DNA from: Myxococcota bacterium
GTDB lineage: Bacteria > Myxococcota_A > Polyangia > Polyangiales > Sandaracinaceae
Direction of reading: 5' to 3'
Length of the DNA stretch: 64,000 bases
Assembly: GCA_036149055.1 (NCBI GenBank)
Contig: JAYZQJ010000253.1
Location: 1-64,000, forward strand
In this document: one piece after another, positions 1 to 14,594 of the stretch
Numbering within the stretch: position 1 is the first letter of the stretch
How the letters are laid out: every line of letters begins with the position of its first letter
Notes under the pieces: generated by a model
What the model saw: the letters and a program-made list of their open reading frames with translations, nothing else
Database searches by the model: none
What the model was told of the DNA's origin: nothing
Translations under genes and position numbers: made by a program

Positions 1-44
1 ATGTGCGCCGGCGAGGCGCGCGCAGTCATGTTCGCCGCGCGCTG

Positions 45-347
45 CTACGGAGGCACGGGGCGCAGCGTGAGCCGGATCGTGGTGAGCCCGCTCGGGAGAT
101 CGACCTCGACGTCGTGCGGGAAGTGGCCGTCGGCGGTGATCGAGAAGTGGCGGACGCCGGGCGGGAACTCCTGCGGCCGGCGCGCGAGCACGCGGGCGGC
201 GCCGACGAAGCGGTCCTCCACGTAGACCCGAGCGGTCGGCGGCTGGATCAGGAAGCGCACCTGGGCCGGGGCCGCGCCTCGCTGGGCGCCGCCGCACGAG
301 GCGGCGAGGCAGAGGAGCGCGCCGAGGAGGAGCCGGCGGGCGATCAC
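45..347 (-). CDS. Small PEGA-like domain lipoprotein
   Basis: GTG start at 347 overlaps the upstream TGA (GTGA). Signal peptide [17 protein letters not shown], then the PEGA-like pattern QPPTARVYVEDRFVG...PPGVRHFSITADGH. Confidence 0.7.
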   Translation of the reverse strand: MIARRLLLGALLCLAASCGGAQRGAAPAQVRFLIQPPTARVYVEDRFVGAARVLARRPQEFPPGVRHFSITADGHFPHDVEVDLPSGLTTIRLTLRPVPP

Positions 348-759
348 CACGGCAGCCCCTCTCGGCCGCAGGCCTCTCGCAGGGCCGCGCGGGGGACGCG
401 GACCACGACGACCGCGCCGGCGTCGACGAGCGGGCGGGTCCCGCTCACCTCGGCCGCGCCGTCGAGGGCGGCGTGCACCGCGGCCGCCTCGCGCGGGGTC
501 GCGCGGACCCGGGCGAGGGCGTCGTCGGCGAACGCGTGGAGGCGACGGAGCGCGATCGCGCGGGCGCGGCGGCGGGCGGACGCGCGGCGGGCCGAGAAGC
601 GACCGATGCGCTCGTCGGGCCCGGCGATGGCGGCCGCCTCGAGGTGCGCGCCGTCCACCCGGGGCGCGACGTCGGCCCACGGCAGGTCGAAGGCGTCCTG
701 CGCGCTCACGGCGCCGCTCCAGCAGGCGGCGGAGAGCCCGACGACCGCGGCCAGCGCCC

Positions 760-763
<4 letters not shown>
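344..763 (-). CDS. Hypothetical secreted protein
   Basis: GTG at 763 overlaps the guaA stop. N-terminus [21 protein letters not shown] looks like a signal peptide. This is the C-terminal part of ORF 344..2485. Confidence 0.6.
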
Positions 764-2304
<1,541 letters not shown>

Positions 2305-2372
2305 CGCGCCCGCTAGGTACCACGCGCTCGCCATGCGGTCGACGCGGGGCGTGATCTGCTAAGGTCCCGGTC

Positions 2373-3239
2373 ATGCTTGGGAGAGGGTGCTCACACCTCG
2401 CGCGAGGGGTCCTGGTGGGGCTGCTCGCGCTGGCCACGGTCGCGCCGGCGATGGCGCAGGAAGAGGACGAGTCGGAGGCGCGCATGCACTTCCGGGTCGG
2501 CCGCGCCTACTACGACAGCGGGCGCTTCCTGGAGGCGGCGCGGGAGTTCGAGCTCGCCTACGAGCAGAGCGACCGGCCGCAGCTGCTCTACAACATCTTC
2601 GTCGCCTACCGGGACGCCGGCCGGCTCCAGGAGGCGATGGGCGCGCTGCGCCGCTACCTCGAGCTGGTGCCCGACGCGGAGAACCGCGATCAGCTGACCG
2701 CGCGCCTGGCGGCGATGGAGCGGGTGGCGGCGCGGCAGGCCGAGGCCCAGGCCACCGAGACCGCGGAGCCGACCGAGACCGCGGAGGCCACCGAGCCGGA
2801 GACGACGGAGACCGCCGAGGTCTCCGAGCCGATCGAGACCACCGAGGCGGTGAGCCCCGACCCGGCGCCGAGCGCGTCGAGCGACGGCGGCGGCGGCCTC
2901 TGGACCCCCGGCTTCATCATCGCCGGGGTGGGCGCGGCGGCCGCGATCGCCGGCATCATCACCGGCGTGCTCGCGCTCGACGCGCAGGCCAGCCTGGAGG
3001 CGGACTACAACTGCGACGCCGACGGCCGCTGCGACCCGGGCTTCGAGGCCGCGCGCGACAGCGGCGCCACCCTCGCCGGGCTCACCGACGGGCTGATCAT
3101 CGGCGGGGTCGTCGTCGCCGCCACCGGCGCGGTGCTGGCCTTCGTGCTCGCCGACTCGGGCGGCAGCGACGACACCGCGCGCTTCGACTTCACTTGTGGC
3201 CCGACCGGATGCATGGCGGGCCTCCGGGGGCAGTTCTGA
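2373..3239 (+). CDS. Secreted TPR protein with hydrophobic helical hairpin and C-terminal Phe
   Basis: Signal peptide, TPR helices (ARMHFRVGRAYYDSG...RPQLLYNI), E/T/P-rich linker, two Gly/Ala-rich hydrophobic segments, ends GLRGQF. Confidence 0.8.
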   Translation: MLGRGCSHLARGVLVGLLALATVAPAMAQEEDESEARMHFRVGRAYYDSGRFLEAAREFELAYEQSDRPQLLYNIFVAYRDAGRLQEAMGALRRYLELVPDAENRDQLTARLAAMERVAARQAEAQATETAEPTETAEATEPETTETAEVSEPIETTEAVSPDPAPSASSDGGGGLWTPGFIIAGVGAAAAIAGIITGVLALDAQASLEADYNCDADGRCDPGFEAARDSGATLAGLTDGLIIGGVVVAATGAVLAFVLADSGGSDDTARFDFTCGPTGCMAGLRGQF

Positions 3240-5425
3240 TGAGCACCGAGAGGACCTTCTTCGCCCTGGCGCTGGCGCTGACGCTCGCGCTCGGCGGATG
3301 CAGCGTGATCACCGGCTTCGGCGACTACACCTCGCGCGGCGACGCGGGCGGCGGCATGGACGGCGGCGCGGACGCGGGCGCCGACTCGGGCGTCGACGGC
3401 GGCGGCGAGGACGACGGCGGCATGATGGCGGTCTGCGACCCCGACTGCGCCGACGGCGAGGAGTGCGTCGACGGCGCGTGCATGTGCGGCGCGGGCCCGA
3501 CCTGCGGGGCCGGCAACGCCTGCTGCGACGGCACCTGCACCGACATCTCGACGATCGAGAACTGCGGCGCCTGCGGCAACAGCTGCCCGATGGGCCCCAA
3601 CTTCACCGCCACCTGCACGGGCGAGAGCTGCGCCGGGAGCTGCAACGCCGGCTTCGCGAACTGCGACGGCGAGATGGCCACCGGCTGCGAGCAGTCGCTG
3701 ATCGACCCCGAGCACTGCGGGGCCTGCGGCAACGCCTGCGGGGCGACCGAGCTCTGCGCCAGCAGCGGCGGGGCGCCCTCGTGCGTCTCGAGCTGCTCCC
3801 CCGGCCAGACCGAGTGCGACGGCGCGTGCATCGACACCGACTCGAGCCCGGTGCACTGCGGCGGCTGCGGCAACGCCTGCCCCTCCTCCCCGCCCGGCGC
3901 GACCGGCTCGATGTGCAGCGGCGGCACCTGCCGCCCGATCTGCCGAGCCGGCTTCGACGACTGCGACGGCGACCCGACGAACGGCTGCGAGATGCTCCGG
4001 CAGTTCTGGCTGGACAACGACGGGGACGGGTTCGGAGACCCGACGAGCACGGCGATGACGGGGTGCGTGGTCCCCCCCAACTTCGCGGACAACGACCGCG
4101 ACTGCAACGACGGCGACCGCTTCATCTTCCCGGGCGCGCCCGAGCGCTGCAACGGGATCAGCGACGACTGCGACAGCAACATCGACGAGACCTTCACCTG
4201 CGCCCAGGGCGAGACCCAGAGCTGCACGGTGTCGATGGGCACCTGCACGGCGATCGGGACCCAGGCCTGCACCTCCACCTGCGGCGGCTTCGGCAGCTGC
4301 GTGGTGACCGAGGTCTGCGACCGCGCCGACACCGACTGCGACGGCTTCGTCGACGAGAGCGTGCTCGGCATGGGCACCGCGCGCGTGATCTCGACCACCT
4401 CGGTCCGCGGGCTGCGCGCGGCCTGGGGGAGCGCGGGCGGCACCGACCGCGTCGGGCTCGTCTACGAGCGCTCCGGCAGCACCTACTTCCAGGCCCTGCT
4501 CGGCGACGGCTCCACCGTCGGCCCGGAGACCCGCGTCGCGAGCGACGCGCCGAGCGCGGACGTCGCGTGGACCGGCTCGTACTTCGTCGTCGCGGTGGCC
4601 GACGGCCCCGCGCGCAGGATCGACGTGTTCGCCTTCTCGGCCACCGGGCTGCTCGGCGCGACGTCTGGCCGATCGTTGAGCCGACCGCCGAACCGCGTGC
4701 AGCTCGACCGGATCGGAGGCAGCGATCAGCTCGCGATCCTGGAGACCTCCGGCGACTCCGGGCTCGGCTTCCAGGCCGGCCTCACCTGGATGCGCGTCGG
4801 CTCCAGCCACACGACCGCGCCGACGTTCATCAGCGACACCGTGCTCGAGAGCTCGGGCGGCACCCGGGTGATGGACTTCCCGACCGTGACCCGCACGTCG
4901 ACCGGCGCGTTCGTCGCCTTCAGCCACTTCCGCATGGGCGGCGGCAGCGGGCTCGACGACATCATCACCTACTTCGTCGAGCCCGGCGGCGTGGCCAGCA
5001 TGGCGGCGCGCGCCGAGTCCGGGGACGGGCACAACGAGGCCGAGCTGGACGCGGTCTGGGATCCGGTCACCGACGTGGTCGGCCTGCTCTTCCGGAAGGT
5101 GACCTTCAGCGGCGCGCCCCAGGACTGGTACCTCGGCACCTACGACGGGCGCGGCGTGCAGCTCACGATCACCCGCCGCCTCGGGATCGGGACGAGGTCG
5201 ATCGCCGCCGCCGGCGACTCGAACTTCGCCATCAGCGGGATCGACAGCGCGGGCGCGCTGCTCTTCGACCGCCACCGCTCACCGGATCTGGCGGCGGTGC
5301 CGGGCAGCCTGACGCCGGCCGCCGGCCACGTGGACTTCCTCGTCGGCCTCGGCGGCAGCGCCCCGAACCGCTACCTCGGCTTCGCCGAGAGCGGCCTCTC
5401 GGTGCAGCCGGTCCTCTGCCGCTGA
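3239..5425 (+). CDS. Cys-rich lipoprotein with Stig1-like repeats, MopE-related putative metal-binding motif and beta-rich C-terminal domain
   Basis: ATG overlaps the upstream stop (TGATG). Lipobox LGG-C. (N/H)CG(A/G)CGN(S/A)C repeats and DNDGDGFGDP...DCNDGD...PGAPERCNGISDDCD. Confidence 0.8.
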   Translation: MSTERTFFALALALTLALGGCSVITGFGDYTSRGDAGGGMDGGADAGADSGVDGGGEDDGGMMAVCDPDCADGEECVDGACMCGAGPTCGAGNACCDGTCTDISTIENCGACGNSCPMGPNFTATCTGESCAGSCNAGFANCDGEMATGCEQSLIDPEHCGACGNACGATELCASSGGAPSCVSSCSPGQTECDGACIDTDSSPVHCGGCGNACPSSPPGATGSMCSGGTCRPICRAGFDDCDGDPTNGCEMLRQFWLDNDGDGFGDPTSTAMTGCVVPPNFADNDRDCNDGDRFIFPGAPERCNGISDDCDSNIDETFTCAQGETQSCTVSMGTCTAIGTQACTSTCGGFGSCVVTEVCDRADTDCDGFVDESVLGMGTARVISTTSVRGLRAAWGSAGGTDRVGLVYERSGSTYFQALLGDGSTVGPETRVASDAPSADVAWTGSYFVVAVADGPARRIDVFAFSATGLLGATSGRSLSRPPNRVQLDRIGGSDQLAILETSGDSGLGFQAGLTWMRVGSSHTTAPTFISDTVLESSGGTRVMDFPTVTRTSTGAFVAFSHFRMGGGSGLDDIITYFVEPGGVASMAARAESGDGHNEAELDAVWDPVTDVVGLLFRKVTFSGAPQDWYLGTYDGRGVQLTITRRLGIGTRSIAAAGDSNFAISGIDSAGALLFDRHRSPDLAAVPGSLTPAAGHVDFLVGLGGSAPNRYLGFAESGLSVQPVLCR

Positions 5426-5432
5426 GCGGCGC

Positions 5433-8902
<3,470 letters not shown>

Positions 8903-8908
8903 TCGAGG

Positions 8909-10534
8909 CTACCGCTCGGCCCCATTGCTCGGCCCCGATTGTTCGGCGGAGTCGGTGACGGTGAAGTCGGCGTCCGACTCGGCGCTCCCCTGGAGGCGCA
9001 CGGTCACGCGGAGGCGGCCGGTGCGCGCGCGCGAGGGGATGACGACCCGGAGGCTGTCGCCGGTGGCGCTCACGACCTGCGCGTTGCTCTCGCCGATCTG
9101 GACCCGGACGAGGCCGGTGCGGGTGCCGAGGTTGCGGCCCTGGATGGTCACCGCGGTGCCGGGCGGGCCGCTCTCGGGGGCGAAGCTCGCGATGACCGGC
9201 ACGCGGGTGACCACGAACGGCTGGGCCGTCCGGTCCTCGCCGGCGTTCTCGACCGCGACCACGAGGGGCCCGCTGGCCGCCTCCGGGATGCGCACCACCA
9301 GCTCCTCGCCGCTCGCGCGCACGACCTCGGCGCGCTGGCCCGAGAGGGTGACCGTGTTGCGCTCCGGCTCCGCCGAGAAGCCGCGGCCGGTGAGCGTGAC
9401 CTCGGTGCCCGCCCCGCCGCTCCGCGGCGAGAAGGCGGTGACCGACACCGGCTCGACGACGTCGAAGCGGGACGGCGCCTCGGCCGGACCGAGCCCGGCC
9501 ACCGTGACCCGGATCTCCCCGTCGGCCGCGCCGGTCGGGATCTCGACCACGAGCCGCTGCTCGCCGAGGTCGCGCACCACCAGGTTGGTCTCGCCCATGG
9601 TGGCCTCGATCTGGCGGACGTCGCGCCCGAAGTGATCGCCGATGAGGGTGACGCGGGTGCCGGGGGCGCCGAAGGTCGGGTTCATCTCGCGGATCACCGG
9701 CTCGTAGCGCACCTGGAACTCGCGCTCCGAGTAGGCGCGCCCGGCGCCGCGCACGTCGACGAGCCAGCGGGCGCTCTCGGGATCGCGGCGGGGGACCTCG
9801 ACGACGAGCTCGGTCTCCGACGCCCGGAGCACGCGGGCCCGCTGCTCGCCGAGGTAGACCCGGTTGCGGGCGCGGCTGCGGTGGAAGCCGGTGCCGCGCA
9901 GGGTGACGCGGGTGCGGGGCGGGCCGAGGGCGGGCTCGAAGCCGCTCACCGACGTGCCGGTCCCGATCTCGAAGGCGTCCGCGCTCGTCACCGTGCCGGC
10001 GCCGTCGACGTGCACCGAGAACGAGGCCGAGCTGGCGCCGCTCGGGATGATGACGCGCAGCTCGGTCGGGTTCGCGCTGCGCACGACGACCGGGCGCTCG
10101 CCGAGCCGGACCTGGTTCTCGGCGAGGCGCGGCGAGAAGTGCTCGCCCTGGATCACGACCTCGGTGCCGGCCGCCCCGGACTCGGGCTCGAAGCCTCGGA
10201 TCACGGGCGCCGGCGCCGCCTGGGTCACCCGGAAGCGCGGCCCGCGCACGTTGCCGCGCGGGGTGCGGATCTCGAGGTTCCCGCTCCGCGCGCCCTCCGG
10301 GATGGTCGCCGTCCAGCGGTTGGGCAGCCGGCTCTGCACCTCGAGCTGCGCGTCGCCGAGCCACACCGTCTGCTGGGGGTCGAAGTAGCGGCCGATGAGG
10401 CTGATGAGCGTGCCCGGCGGCCCGGACGTGGGCTCGATGCGCTGCACGACCGGCATCGGCCGGCGGACCTGCGCGGAGGCCAGGGCGGGGACGAGGGAGA
10501 CGCCGAGGGCGAGGAGGAGGGAGAGTCGGGTCAT
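8909..10534 (-). CDS. Secreted IPT/TIG repeat protein (six repeats)
   Basis: Signal peptide MTRLSLLLALGVSLVPALASA and six PxxGxxGTxVxxxGxxF-type repeats. Confidence 0.85.
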   Translation of the reverse strand: MTRLSLLLALGVSLVPALASAQVRRPMPVVQRIEPTSGPPGTLISLIGRYFDPQQTVWLGDAQLEVQSRLPNRWTATIPEGARSGNLEIRTPRGNVRGPRFRVTQAAPAPVIRGFEPESGAAGTEVVIQGEHFSPRLAENQVRLGERPVVVRSANPTELRVIIPSGASSASFSVHVDGAGTVTSADAFEIGTGTSVSGFEPALGPPRTRVTLRGTGFHRSRARNRVYLGEQRARVLRASETELVVEVPRRDPESARWLVDVRGAGRAYSEREFQVRYEPVIREMNPTFGAPGTRVTLIGDHFGRDVRQIEATMGETNLVVRDLGEQRLVVEIPTGAADGEIRVTVAGLGPAEAPSRFDVVEPVSVTAFSPRSGGAGTEVTLTGRGFSAEPERNTVTLSGQRAEVVRASGEELVVRIPEAASGPLVVAVENAGEDRTAQPFVVTRVPVIASFAPESGPPGTAVTIQGRNLGTRTGLVRVQIGESNAQVVSATGDSLRVVIPSRARTGRLRVTVRLQGSAESDADFTVTDSAEQSGPSNGAER

Positions 10535-10668
10535 GGTCGGCTCGGGGATCTGCGGGGGGAGCGTCGCCGAAGGCGGGAGACGGGTCAAACGTGACGCGCC
10601 CGGGCCCGGCGATATTCGCCGTGAGGTCGCGCGATGCGGCCGCGGTCGGTCCGCGGTAGGCATGGGGC

Positions 10669-12327
10669 ATGACCGACAAGCGAGTCGTCCGCGCCCCGCG
10701 CGGCACCGAGCTCAGGTGCAAGAGCTGGCTGACCGAGGCCCCGCTCCGCATGCTGATGAACAACCTCGACCCGGAGGTCGCCGAGCGGCCCGAGGACCTC
10801 GTCGTGTACGGAGGCACCGGCAAGGCCGCCCGCTCCTGGCCCGACTTCGACGTCATCGTCCGGGAGCTCGAGGCGCTCGAGCCGAACGAGACCCTGCTCG
10901 TCCAGTCGGGGCGCGCGGTCGGCAAGTTCCGCACGCACGAGGACGCGCCGCGGGTGCTCATCGCCAACAGCCTGCTCGTGCCGGCGTGGGCGAGCTGGGA
11001 CGAGTTCCGGCGCCTCGAGGCCGAGGGCCTGACGATGTACGGCCAGATGACCGCGGGCTCGTGGATCTACATCGGCACCCAGGGGATCCTGCAAGGCACC
11101 TACGAGACGTTCGGCGCCGCCGGCGAGAAGCACTTCGGCGGCGACTGGTCCGGGCGCTGGATCCTCAGCGCGGGGCTCGGCGGCATGGGCGGCGCGCAGC
11201 CCCTCGCGGCCACGATGGCCGGCGCCGCGTTCCTCGGCGTCGAGATCGACGAGGCGCGGGCCAAGCGCCGGCTCGAGACCCGCTACGTCGACGCGCTCAC
11301 CCACGACCTCGACGAGGCGCTCGCGATGATCGAGGGCTGGTGCGAGAAGAAGGAGGCCAAGAGCGTGGCCCTCGTGGGCAACGCGGCCGAGATCTACCCC
11401 GAGCTCGTGCGGCGCGGCGTGACCCCGGACTTCGTGACCGAGCAGACCGCGGCCCACGACCCGCTGGTGGGCTACGTGCCGACCGACCTCTCCCTCGAGG
11501 CGGCGGCGGAGCTGCGCGCCCGGGACCCCGAGGCCTACGTGCGGCGCGCCCGCGAGGGCATGGCGGCCGAGGTCCGGGCGATGCTGACCATGGTCGAGCG
11601 CGGCGCCTTCGCGTGCGACTACGGCAACAACATCCGCGAGCAGGCCAAGATCGCGGGCGTCACCGACGCGTTCGACATCCCGGGCTTCGTCCCGGCGTAC
11701 GTCCGCCCGCTCTTCTGCGAGGGCAAGGGGCCCTTCCGCTGGGTGGCGCTCAGCGGCGACCCCGAGGACATCGCGGTCACCGACGCGGCCGTGAAGGAGG
11801 TCGTCCCGGACGACGCGCACCTGCACCGCTGGCTCGACATGGCCCGCGAGCGGGTGGAGTTCCAGGGGCTGCCCTCCCGCATCTGCTGGCTGGGCTACGG
11901 CGACCGCCACCGCGTGGGCCTGAAGTTCAACGAGCTGGTGCGCGACGGGAAGGTGAAGGCGCCGATCGTGATCGGGCGCGATCACCTCGACTGCGGCAGC
12001 GTCGCCAGCCCGTACCGCGAGACCGAGGGCATGAAGGACGGGAGCGACGCCATCGCGGACTGGCCCATCCTCAACGCGCTGATCAACGCCAGCGGCGGCG
12101 CGACGTGGATCAGCGTGCACCACGGCGGCGGCGTCGGCATCGGCTACTCGATCCACGCCGGCATGGTCATCGTCGCCGACGGGACCGACGCGGCGGCCAA
12201 GCGGCTGGAGCGCGTGCTGACGAGCGACCCGGGCATGGGCGTCATCCGCCACGCGGACGCGGGCTACGACGAGGCGGTGGCCTGCGCGAAGGACAAGGGC
12301 GTGCACCTGCCGGATCGGGCGGGATGA
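10669..12327 (+). CDS. hutU: Urocanate hydratase
   Basis: Motifs [55 protein letters not shown]. Confidence 0.98.
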   Translation: MTDKRVVRAPRGTELRCKSWLTEAPLRMLMNNLDPEVAERPEDLVVYGGTGKAARSWPDFDVIVRELEALEPNETLLVQSGRAVGKFRTHEDAPRVLIANSLLVPAWASWDEFRRLEAEGLTMYGQMTAGSWIYIGTQGILQGTYETFGAAGEKHFGGDWSGRWILSAGLGGMGGAQPLAATMAGAAFLGVEIDEARAKRRLETRYVDALTHDLDEALAMIEGWCEKKEAKSVALVGNAAEIYPELVRRGVTPDFVTEQTAAHDPLVGYVPTDLSLEAAAELRARDPEAYVRRAREGMAAEVRAMLTMVERGAFACDYGNNIREQAKIAGVTDAFDIPGFVPAYVRPLFCEGKGPFRWVALSGDPEDIAVTDAAVKEVVPDDAHLHRWLDMARERVEFQGLPSRICWLGYGDRHRVGLKFNELVRDGKVKAPIVIGRDHLDCGSVASPYRETEGMKDGSDAIADWPILNALINASGGATWISVHHGGGVGIGYSIHAGMVIVADGTDAAAKRLERVLTSDPGMGVIRHADAGYDEAVACAKDKGVHLPDRAG

Positions 12328-13562
12328 GCGACTTCGACCTCCTGGTGACCGGGGGCCGCGTCGTCACCTGCGACGGCGAGGCCGCCGATCCGCTCGGCGT
12401 GATCGACGACGGCGCGGTCGCGGTGCGCGGCGGGCAGATCGCCTGGGTGGGCCCGGCGGCCGAGCTCGGCGCGGCCCGCGCGACCGAGGTGCTCGACGCG
12501 GCCGGCGGCGTGGTGATGCCGGGGCTGATCGACCCCCACACCCACCTCGTCTTCGCCGGCTCCCGGGTGGACGAGTTCGCGCGGCGCATGGCGGGGGAGG
12601 ACTACCGGGCCATCGCGGCGGCCGGCGGCGGCATCAAGGCGACGGTGCGCTGGAGCCGCGAGGCGAGCGACGAGGCGCTCTTCGAGGCGGCGGCCGCGCG
12701 GGCGAGGCGCTTGCGCGCGTTCGGCGTGACCAGCGCCGAGGTGAAGAGCGGCTACGGGCTCTCGACCGAGCACGAGCTGCGGCACCTCCGGGTGGCGCGG
12801 CGCCTCCAGACCGAAGGCCTCTTGCAGGTGACCACGTCGCTGCTCGGCGCGCACGCGGTGCCGCCGGACGTGGAGCGCGGCGCCTACGTCGACGAGGTGG
12901 TCGAGCAAATGATCCCGAAGGCGGCCGAGGAGGGGCTCGCGGACGCCTGCGACGTCTACCTCGACGACGGCGCGTTCACGCGCGACGAGGCGGCCCGGAT
13001 CCTCGGCGCCGCGAAGGCGGCGGGCCTGCGCGCCCGGGCGCACGTGGGCCAGTTCGCGGACCTCGGGGGCGCGGAGCTGATGGCGGAGCTCGGCGCGCTC
13101 AGCGCGGACCACCTCGAGGCCGTCAGCGAAGGCGGGCTCCGGGCGATGGCCGAGGCCGGCGTGGTCGCGGTGCTGCTCCCCGGCGCCTGGCGCACGCTGC
13201 GGCAGGAGGCGCCGGACGCGGCCCGGATGCGCGCGGCGGGGCTGCGCGTCGCGGTGGGCACGGACTGCAACCCGGGCACGAGCCCGAGCGTGGACCTGCC
13301 GATGATGGCCGCGCTCGCGGTGCGGGACGCGGGGCTGACCCTCGAGGAGGCGGTCCTCGCGATCACCCGTCACGCGGCCACCGCGGCCGGCTGGGACGAC
13401 CGCGGCCGGGTGGCCCCGGGCCTCCGCGCCGACCTCGCGGTGTACGACGAGCGGGACCCGCGCGCCCTGGCCTACGGGCTCGGCGGCGTCGACGCGCGCG
13501 CCGTGATCCAGGGCGGCGTGGTCACGCGAGAACGCGTACCGTCGCCCTCCCCCCTCTGGTAG
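12324..13562 (+). CDS. hutI: Imidazolonepropionase
   Basis: ATGA overlap with hutU. Motifs [36 protein letters not shown]. Confidence 0.93.
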   Translation: MSDFDLLVTGGRVVTCDGEAADPLGVIDDGAVAVRGGQIAWVGPAAELGAARATEVLDAAGGVVMPGLIDPHTHLVFAGSRVDEFARRMAGEDYRAIAAAGGGIKATVRWSREASDEALFEAAAARARRLRAFGVTSAEVKSGYGLSTEHELRHLRVARRLQTEGLLQVTTSLLGAHAVPPDVERGAYVDEVVEQMIPKAAEEGLADACDVYLDDGAFTRDEAARILGAAKAAGLRARAHVGQFADLGGAELMAELGALSADHLEAVSEGGLRAMAEAGVVAVLLPGAWRTLRQEAPDAARMRAAGLRVAVGTDCNPGTSPSVDLPMMAALAVRDAGLTLEEAVLAITRHAATAAGWDDRGRVAPGLRADLAVYDERDPRALAYGLGGVDARAVIQGGVVTRERVPSPSPLW

Positions 13563-13585
13563 GCTCGGACGTCCGCGAGGCCGCC

Positions 13586-13918
13586 GTGAAGATCGACTAC
13601 GCCGCCGCATTCGACAAGTACAACGCGCGCTTCGAGAAGGCCGTCGGCGACAAGCCGACCGGCAGCTACTCGAAGTTCCACAACCACATGATCAAGCGTC
13701 TGGAGCGCGAAGAGTTCGAGAAGCGGCTCGACACCTACGTGCAGCTCCACGGCGCCTGCAAGCGCATGCTCGACGGCGGCTCCACCATCAGCGACGCGCT
13801 CGTGCACGACTTCGAGGAGGCCGCCGCGTGGGTCGCGGTCAAGGCCCCCGACCTCTACGCGATGTTCCGGGGCGAGATCGGCGACCCGAAGGACGCCGCC
13901 CCCGAAGCCGTCGACTGA
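13586..13918 (+). CDS. Hypothetical protein (110 aa)
   Basis: GTG start after GAGG, GC-biased third positions and a globular-protein composition. No recognisable motif. Confidence 0.7.
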   Translation: MKIDYAAAFDKYNARFEKAVGDKPTGSYSKFHNHMIKRLEREEFEKRLDTYVQLHGACKRMLDGGSTISDALVHDFEEAAAWVAVKAPDLYAMFRGEIGDPKDAAPEAVD

Positions 13919-13939
13919 CGCCACCGCCTCGTCTCCTCG

Positions 13940-14020
13940 TGGAAACGAGGAAGGTCGTCGCCTCCTACTCCCTGGAAACGAGGGAAGTCGTCGCCTCCCA
14001 CTCCCTGGAAACGAGGAAGG
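13940..14020. repeat. 33-bp tandem repeat (about 2.4 copies)
   Basis: TGGAAACGAGG(A/G)A(G/A)GTCGTCGCCTCC(T/C)ACTCCC at 13940 and 13973, with a partial third copy at 14006. Confidence 0.9.
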
Positions 14021-14131
14021 GTGGAAGCGAGGAGCGCGCGGCTTCGCCGCGGGGCCAGCCCGGCAGGGCTCGGTCGCTCGCCGCCGGCGTCCCAGCCGCG
14101 GCGCGCGGCCGGCGAGCCGCCCCCACCCTCT

Positions 14132-14286
14132 CTCTCCCTCCTCGCTTCCCACCTCCCTCGCTTCTCGCGAGTGGCAGGCATGAAGCGGGATCGCAGCTCG
14201 GTAGCCGAGCCCACTCTTCCTCCTCGCTTCCCACCTTCCTCGCTTCTCGCGAGTGACAGGCATGAAGCGGGATCGGAGCTCAGTAG
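14132..14286. repeat. 73-bp direct repeat pair (82-bp period)
   Basis: 14132-14204 and 14214-14286 differ at 5 positions. Their 5' parts are imperfect inverted copies of 14012-14034. Confidence 0.9.
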
Positions 14287-14576
14287 GGGCGGGGCAGCCC
14301 TTCGAGGTCGGCGGTGTCGAGGGCGTAGCGGATGAGCGCGCTGCGGCTCATCTTGCGGTGTCCGGCGGCCTTGAGGCGCTTCACCTTCTGGTCGAGCGCC
14401 TCGAGGTCCTCGGTGTAGAGGGAGATGCAGATCACCTGGTAGTGGTCCGGCTTCTCTTCCTCCTTCTTCTTCTTCTTGCGCCGCTTCCGCGGCGGCTCGT
14501 CCTGGTCGCCCCAGAAGGTCTCGCTCAGGACCTCCCGGACCTCGTCCCCGTCGAGCACGCCCTTGATGTCGCTCAT
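14280..14576 (-). CDS. Small ribbon-helix-helix (CopG/ParG-like) DNA-binding protein
   Basis: Basic, probably disordered N-terminal half (RKRRKKKKK), then beta strand VICISL, helix TEDLEALDQKVKRL and helix SRSALIRYAL. GGAGG RBS upstream. Confidence 0.7.
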   Translation of the reverse strand: MSDIKGVLDGDEVREVLSETFWGDQDEPPRKRRKKKKKEEEKPDHYQVICISLYTEDLEALDQKVKRLKAAGHRKMSRSALIRYALDTADLEGLPRPY

Positions 14577-14594
14577 CGTTCCTCCCTCGTCCGT

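Noticed and set aside
8914..8947. Short GCTCGGCCCC tandem at the end of the IPT/TIG gene
   Set aside because: Only two and a half short GC-rich units, too weak to interpret.
10669..13562. hutUI without hutH/hutG as a novel pathway
   Set aside because: Split hut loci are common, and the other genes may lie outside the window.
13940..14286. Repeat cluster as a CRISPR array
   Set aside because: The units are contiguous or too long, there are no unique spacers of regular length, there are only 2-3 copies, and no cas genes are present.
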